From assembly GCA_951804945.1 (NCBI GenBank), contig OX638150.1:49290001-49354000 (forward strand): DNA of 64,000 bases, in the 5' to 3' direction. Numbering within the stretch: the first letter of the stretch is position 1; every line of letters starts with the position of its first letter. Source of the stretch: Podarcis cretensis (Eukaryota). A model generated the notes under the pieces. That model was given only the letters and a program-made list of their open reading frames with translations, ran no database searches and was not told the DNA's origin. Shown in pieces: positions 61,201 through 64,000 of the stretch. The translations under genes were made by a program, and so were the position numbers.

Positions 61201-62327
61201 AGTGTGCTATGAAGTTGCGACTTACACCATCATGCTTCTTAGAGTCTCACTGGCTGGTGGTTCCAATCCCCTGCCACAAATGGCTCCTGAGTGAGATCAA
61301 AAGGCAATTGGCTTCATGATGACACAGTGACATCAGAGTGAAGGCAAAGCTTTCTGTCCTCATTCTGGATCCAGCTGGTAGTGGCGAGGGGGAGAGAGGG
61401 AAATGGTGCCTCACAATCACTGCAGCCACTGTATGAATACTGTTGCCCCCAGGACCATGAAGCAGGCAGTGGTGGTGAAAAGGGTGAGTCAGAGTGCTGG
61501 TTCATGAAACCCTTTGCCTGTGTGTATTTCCTTCATTTCAAGCCAAAAGAGTTTTGACAACTTTTCAATCAACCCTATTTTTAATTCCTTAAAAAAAATA
61601 CAACAGACAGTCATCCTGTATCAAAAACTGCCTTGTGCTTCTCTTCTGTTTCAAAATTAGTTTGGTGGTAAAATGGTCCCATTTGCAGCCGGTGACTTTT
61701 CCCCATCTTTTGCCCCCTCCCCTAAAATTTGAAGGGGAGTTTTGCTTTGTACTATTTCTTTTAGGTCTCTGCCTTGCAGAGTTGTGTTGTTTTTAAACCT
61801 ATATTTTGTCATTTTTACTGTTTGATTATAGACCACCTTGAAACTTACACAAAAAGTGATTCACAAATTAAATTTACAGCAACATGTTACTAATTGCATA
61901 GTTCTTTCAAATCTGCATGACACTCTTCCCTCTAGCTGGTGTGCCTTTGCTGTTCTTCACCAGGAGGTGTCATTGTAGGATGAGAATTACATATCGCTGT
62001 AGAAGCAATGCCAAGCTCTTTCCTGACAAGACTATAAAAGTTTGATAATAGACATCAAAGCCGAATTTCATTTTCTCCCTTGAACTTTCACACTTCAGTA
62101 TATCACTGAGTAGGGCAAGGAATGGATATTATGCATTCTGTTAACTTAGCTGCTTCAGTCCTTTCTGTCCTGGTATCTACCCTTTTTGCATTTCTTTCAT
62201 AGGCGATATAAGAAATGACATCTACATTACCTTGCTAAATGGAGACCTGGATAAGTCTAATAAAACTTCACAGAGAAACATAGAAGTCAACATGTGTGTC
62301 TGTGATGAAGATGGGAAAGTGATACCA
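34235..62327 (+). CDS. DOCK2: Dedicator of cytokinesis 2, 5' part (coding exons 1-14, 457 codons); continues beyond the window
   Basis: Exons 34235-34274, 41628-41711, 45848-45888, 48343-48398, 49484-49580, 50989-51137, 51613-51748, 53134-53288, 54618-54699, 56535-56670, 58691-58766, 59234-59301, 60771-60896 and 62203-62327 join in frame. The translation matches DOCK2 as recalled: [102 protein letters not shown]. Synteny with SPDL1 agrees. Confidence 0.97.
36473..36707. mobile_element. Tigger/pogo-like MITE, family C (opposite orientation to 27305-27551)
   Basis: TA TSD; the internal sequence resembles the reverse complement of 27305-27551. Confidence 0.85.
37731..37856. mobile_element. Truncated family A MITE (left half only, with a short internal duplication)
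   Basis: Left TIR and core present; GTACCTCGGGTTAAGTRCCTGAAACT occurs twice; right TIR absent. Confidence 0.85.
41463..41614 (+). mobile_element. 5'-truncated non-LTR retrotransposon tail inserted at the DOCK2 exon 2 acceptor
   Basis: Ends AATAAAGATTGATTGAGTGAT; flanked by the 14-bp direct repeat TGTATTTTCACAGC at 41449-41462 and 41615-41628. Family not determinable by eye. Confidence 0.75.
41628..41711 (+). CDS. DOCK2: DOCK2 exon 2 (SH3: [28 protein letters not shown])
   Basis: TTTTCACAG acceptor, AAG|GTGAGA donor, 84 nt. Confidence 0.94.
43446..43676. mobile_element. Tigger/pogo-like MITE, family A
   Basis: Same TIRs and core, TA TSD. Confidence 0.9.
45105..45285 (+). mobile_element. Old CR1-like 3' fragment
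   Basis: GGGATTAGACAAATTCATGGAGGATAAGG (GLDKFMEDK), typical of a CR1 ORF2 end. Confidence 0.55.
45609..45656. repeat. (ATAC)12 microsatellite
   Basis: Read directly. Confidence 0.95.
45848..45888 (+). CDS. DOCK2: DOCK2 exon 3 ([14 protein letters not shown])
   Basis: CTTTTAG acceptor, GAG|GTAAGA donor, 41 nt. Confidence 0.93.
48343..48398 (+). CDS. DOCK2: DOCK2 exon 4 ([18 protein letters not shown])
   Basis: CATTAG acceptor, AAG|GTATTT donor, 56 nt. Confidence 0.95.
49484..49580 (+). CDS. DOCK2: DOCK2 exon 5 ([32 protein letters not shown])
   Basis: TTCAG acceptor, GTG|GTAAGC donor, 97 nt. Confidence 0.95.
50481..50678 (-). mobile_element. Degenerate tRNA-derived SINE (Squam2-like)
   Basis: Reverse-complemented tRNA head ATGCAAAGCAGATGCTCTACCAGTGAGCT...CCCTTCCC; a related + strand copy lies at about 35082-35231. 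Confidence 0.55.
50989..51137 (+). CDS. DOCK2: DOCK2 exon 6 ([14 protein letters not shown]...IDYGN)
   Basis: TTTCAG acceptor, CAA|GTAAGT donor, 149 nt. Confidence 0.96.
51613..51748 (+). CDS. DOCK2: DOCK2 exon 7 ([18 protein letters not shown]...IKEEM)
   Basis: TTACAG acceptor, ATG|GTATGA donor, 136 nt. Confidence 0.96.
53134..53288 (+). CDS. DOCK2: DOCK2 exon 8 (SKDESDYG...YDPQKQTVI)
   Basis: TACAG acceptor, AAG|GTATGC donor, 155 nt. Confidence 0.96.
54618..54699 (+). CDS. DOCK2: DOCK2 exon 9 ([27 protein letters not shown])
   Basis: AAACAG acceptor, ACT|GTGAGT donor, 82 nt. Confidence 0.95.
56535..56670 (+). CDS. DOCK2: DOCK2 exon 10 ([22 protein letters not shown]...RRPFGVA)
   Basis: ATCAG acceptor, CAG|GTAAGA donor, 136 nt. 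Confidence 0.96.
57045..57697 (+). mobile_element. CR1 LINE 3' end (decayed ORF2 C-terminus and tail)
   Basis: ORFs read [21 protein letters not shown]...[12 protein letters not shown] and [17 protein letters not shown]...[12 protein letters not shown]...WNRLP; CR1 tail TTCCAACTCTATGATTCTATGA. Confidence 0.92.
58691..58766 (+). CDS. DOCK2: DOCK2 exon 11 ([25 protein letters not shown])
   Basis: CCCCCAG acceptor, CC|GTAAGA donor, 76 nt. Confidence 0.96.
58790..58908 (-). mobile_element. Squam3-like SINE 3' fragment
   Basis: TTCCAAGGAGCTCAAGGTGGC...CAACACTGTGAGG, the reverse of the 22973-type tail. Confidence 0.6.
59234..59301 (+). CDS. DOCK2: DOCK2 exon 12 ([22 protein letters not shown])
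   Basis: Long polypyrimidine tract plus TAG, AAG|GTAAAG donor, 68 nt. Confidence 0.93.
59471..59832 (+). mobile_element. Sauria SINE, full length, young subfamily
   Basis: tRNA-like head with B box GGTTCGAATCC, tail ACCTTTACCTTT, 11-bp TSD TATATGTACTT at 59460-59470 and 59833-59843. Confidence 0.92.
60342..60694. mobile_element. Possible solo LTR
   Basis: TGTCGTGG...CCATGGCA termini (6/8 inverted match); flanks match only 3/5. Confidence 0.3.
60771..60896 (+). CDS. DOCK2: DOCK2 exon 13 ([11 protein letters not shown]...FPEIIMP)
   Basis: TTCTACAG acceptor, CAG|GTATGA donor, 126 nt. Confidence 0.96.
62203..62327 (+). CDS. DOCK2: DOCK2 exon 14 ([17 protein letters not shown]...DGKVIP), start of the DHR-1/C2 domain
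   Basis: TTTCATAG acceptor, CCA|GTAAGT donor, 125 nt. Confidence 0.95.
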
Positions 62328-63290
62328 GTAAGTGTTGCTCTCTTGTGTGCATATTGAAGATGAACAAGCACAACTTTTCTGTAACCTCATTTCCTAAAGC
62401 TTGTGCTGCAGTTCAGATCTGTTGGTTTTGCTCTGTTAGCATTTATAAGCTGATGAAGAGTGCTTGATTCAGAAACTCAGCACACAGAATTCTTCAGCCA
62501 TAGGTGTATATTGGCAAGCCATCTTATCCCAGTCATGACATATTTTGAGAGATATGTTTGCACTTGATATATGAGTGGGTAAAAAAAGTCGTATAGATGC
62601 AAGTTGGCCTAAATAGATTGCCATATGTTTTAACTGTTGGAGTTTTAGTAAGATTTTAGTAAGAATTCTAAGAACCCTAGTATAATATATTGATATATAA
62701 TATACTGATAGCATTGGCACATTGTTTTTTTTATATATATAATTGTGCATTTTTAGTATAAAAAAGATTTTCCCCCACCCCACATTCTGCCCTTGAATTT
62801 TACAGGTGAAGCAGCTAGCTAATAAATCAAGGGCAACATGAATAGGTTTACTTCAGCAACTATTGTTTGTTGACCTCCATAACACTCCTTAAGAGCAAAA
62901 CTTAATTTTTTTAGAGTCCACAAATAATAGAATCATAGATGCCGCTTTAAAGTAATCCATTTTGGGCCCAAGCCCATTCGCTGATATATTCAATAGCTTC
63001 AGCTCCACAGTCCAACATGCAAAAGTCATGCAAGCTTGCTTGTTCCTGCAAGTTCCATGTGTACTCACAACAATGCAAATTGAAATGCCAGCTGCCAATG
63101 AAGCAGTAGTGAACAACAAATAATTTCCCTTTGGTGTTTGCCTCTGCGAGGCTTTTCTGGAGGTTCCAAAATAATGCGAAAAATCTGAGATAGGTCTGCG
63201 GAAAGATTATTGACAGTCTGTGGCAGAGAGTCTCAAGTCTTCGGGTCTGATCTAAGGCTGAAATTGCCTGTAAAAACAAAACCAAAACAC

Positions 63291-63456
63291 NNNNNNNNNN
63301 NNNNNNNNNNNNNNNNNNNNNNNNNNNNNNNNNNNNNNNNNNNNNNNNNNNNNNNNNNNNNNNNNNNNNNNNNNNNNNNNNNNNNNNNNNNNNNNNNNNN
63401 NNNNNNNNNNNNNNNNNNNNNNNNNNNNNNNNNNNNNNNNNNNNNNNNNNNNNNNN
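63291..63456. other. Assembly gap (166 N)
   Basis: Run of N in the DOCK2 intron after exon 14. Confidence 1.
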
Positions 63457-63496
63457 TTGTGTTATATATATTTTGTGTTATAATATATATAATATA

Positions 63497-63724
63497 CAGT
63501 GGTTCCTCTGGTTAAGAACTTACTTCGTTCTGAAGGTCCATTCTTAACCTGAAACTGTTCTTAACCTGAGGTATCACTTTAGCTAATGGGGCCTCCTGCT
63601 GCCACGCCATTTCTGTTCTCATCCTGGGGCAGAGTTCTTAACTCAAGGTACTACTTCTGGGTTAGCGGAGTCTGTAACCTGAAGCTTTTGTAACCCGAAG
63701 CATTTGTAACCCGAGGTGCCACTG
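63497..63724. mobile_element. Tigger/pogo-like MITE, family A
   Basis: Same TIRs and core, TA TSD inside an AT-rich tract. Confidence 0.88.
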
Positions 63725-63739
63725 TATATTATAATATAT

Positions 63740-63828
63740 GATGTTGTTGTTGTTAGTCATTTAGTCGTGTCCGACTCTTCATGACTCCATGGACCAGAGC
63801 ACGCCAGGCACTCCTGTCTTCCACTGCC
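63740..63828 (-). mobile_element. BovB/RTE-related 3' end
   Basis: (TTG)n then TTAGTCATTTAGTCGTGTCCGACTCTTC...CCATGGACCAGAGCACGCCAGGC, the reverse of the BovB tail. Confidence 0.75.
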
Positions 63829-63831
63829 TTA

Positions 63832-63838
<7 letters not shown>

Positions 63839-63883
<45 letters not shown>
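63839..63883. repeat. (AT)n microsatellite
   Basis: Read directly. Confidence 0.95.
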
Positions 63884-63887
<4 letters not shown>

Positions 63888-64000
63888 CTCTTCTCATGCT
63901 CCTTCTGACTAATAATTCAGATAAAAGCTCTATATACATTTTTGTCTGCTGTGTAGGTGTGCTTAAGTAGATGTGACCAACCTATTTCACATCTTAGCTT

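Noticed and set aside
63210-63515. ORF containing a run of X
   Set aside because: Artefact of translating through the assembly gap.

Overview
Vertebrate genomic DNA, most likely from a lacertid lizard (inferred from the Sauria SINE, Squam-type SINE, BovB, CR1 and L2 repeats). The window holds two + strand genes in the SPDL1-DOCK2 order known from other amniotes. (1) SPDL1 (Spindly) is complete: CpG-island promoter, a non-coding exon 1 and 11 coding exons from 15479 to 31414 (1800 nt, 599 aa), with the CC1 box AAQYG, the Spindly motif GNSLFAEV and a C-terminal CAAX box CTQQ. (2) DOCK2 has its first 14 coding exons here, 34235-62327 (457 codons: SH3 domain through the start of DHR-1), and continues past the window end. 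All introns are GT-AG and all exon phases join in frame. Comparisons to human proteins are from memory, not from a search. The rest is intron and intergenic DNA rich in transposons, including 11 TA-type (Tigger/pogo-like) MITEs, SINEs and LINE fragments, plus a 166-N assembly gap. I found no new multi-gene system. The most notable observations are: a retrotransposon insertion whose 14-bp target-site duplication copied the DOCK2 exon 2 splice acceptor and created a candidate poison exon; a near-perfect 95-bp hairpin between the two genes; exon-like splice signals in SPDL1 intron 1; possible SPDL1 C-termini lacking the CAAX box; and identical orientation of all six copies of one MITE family.
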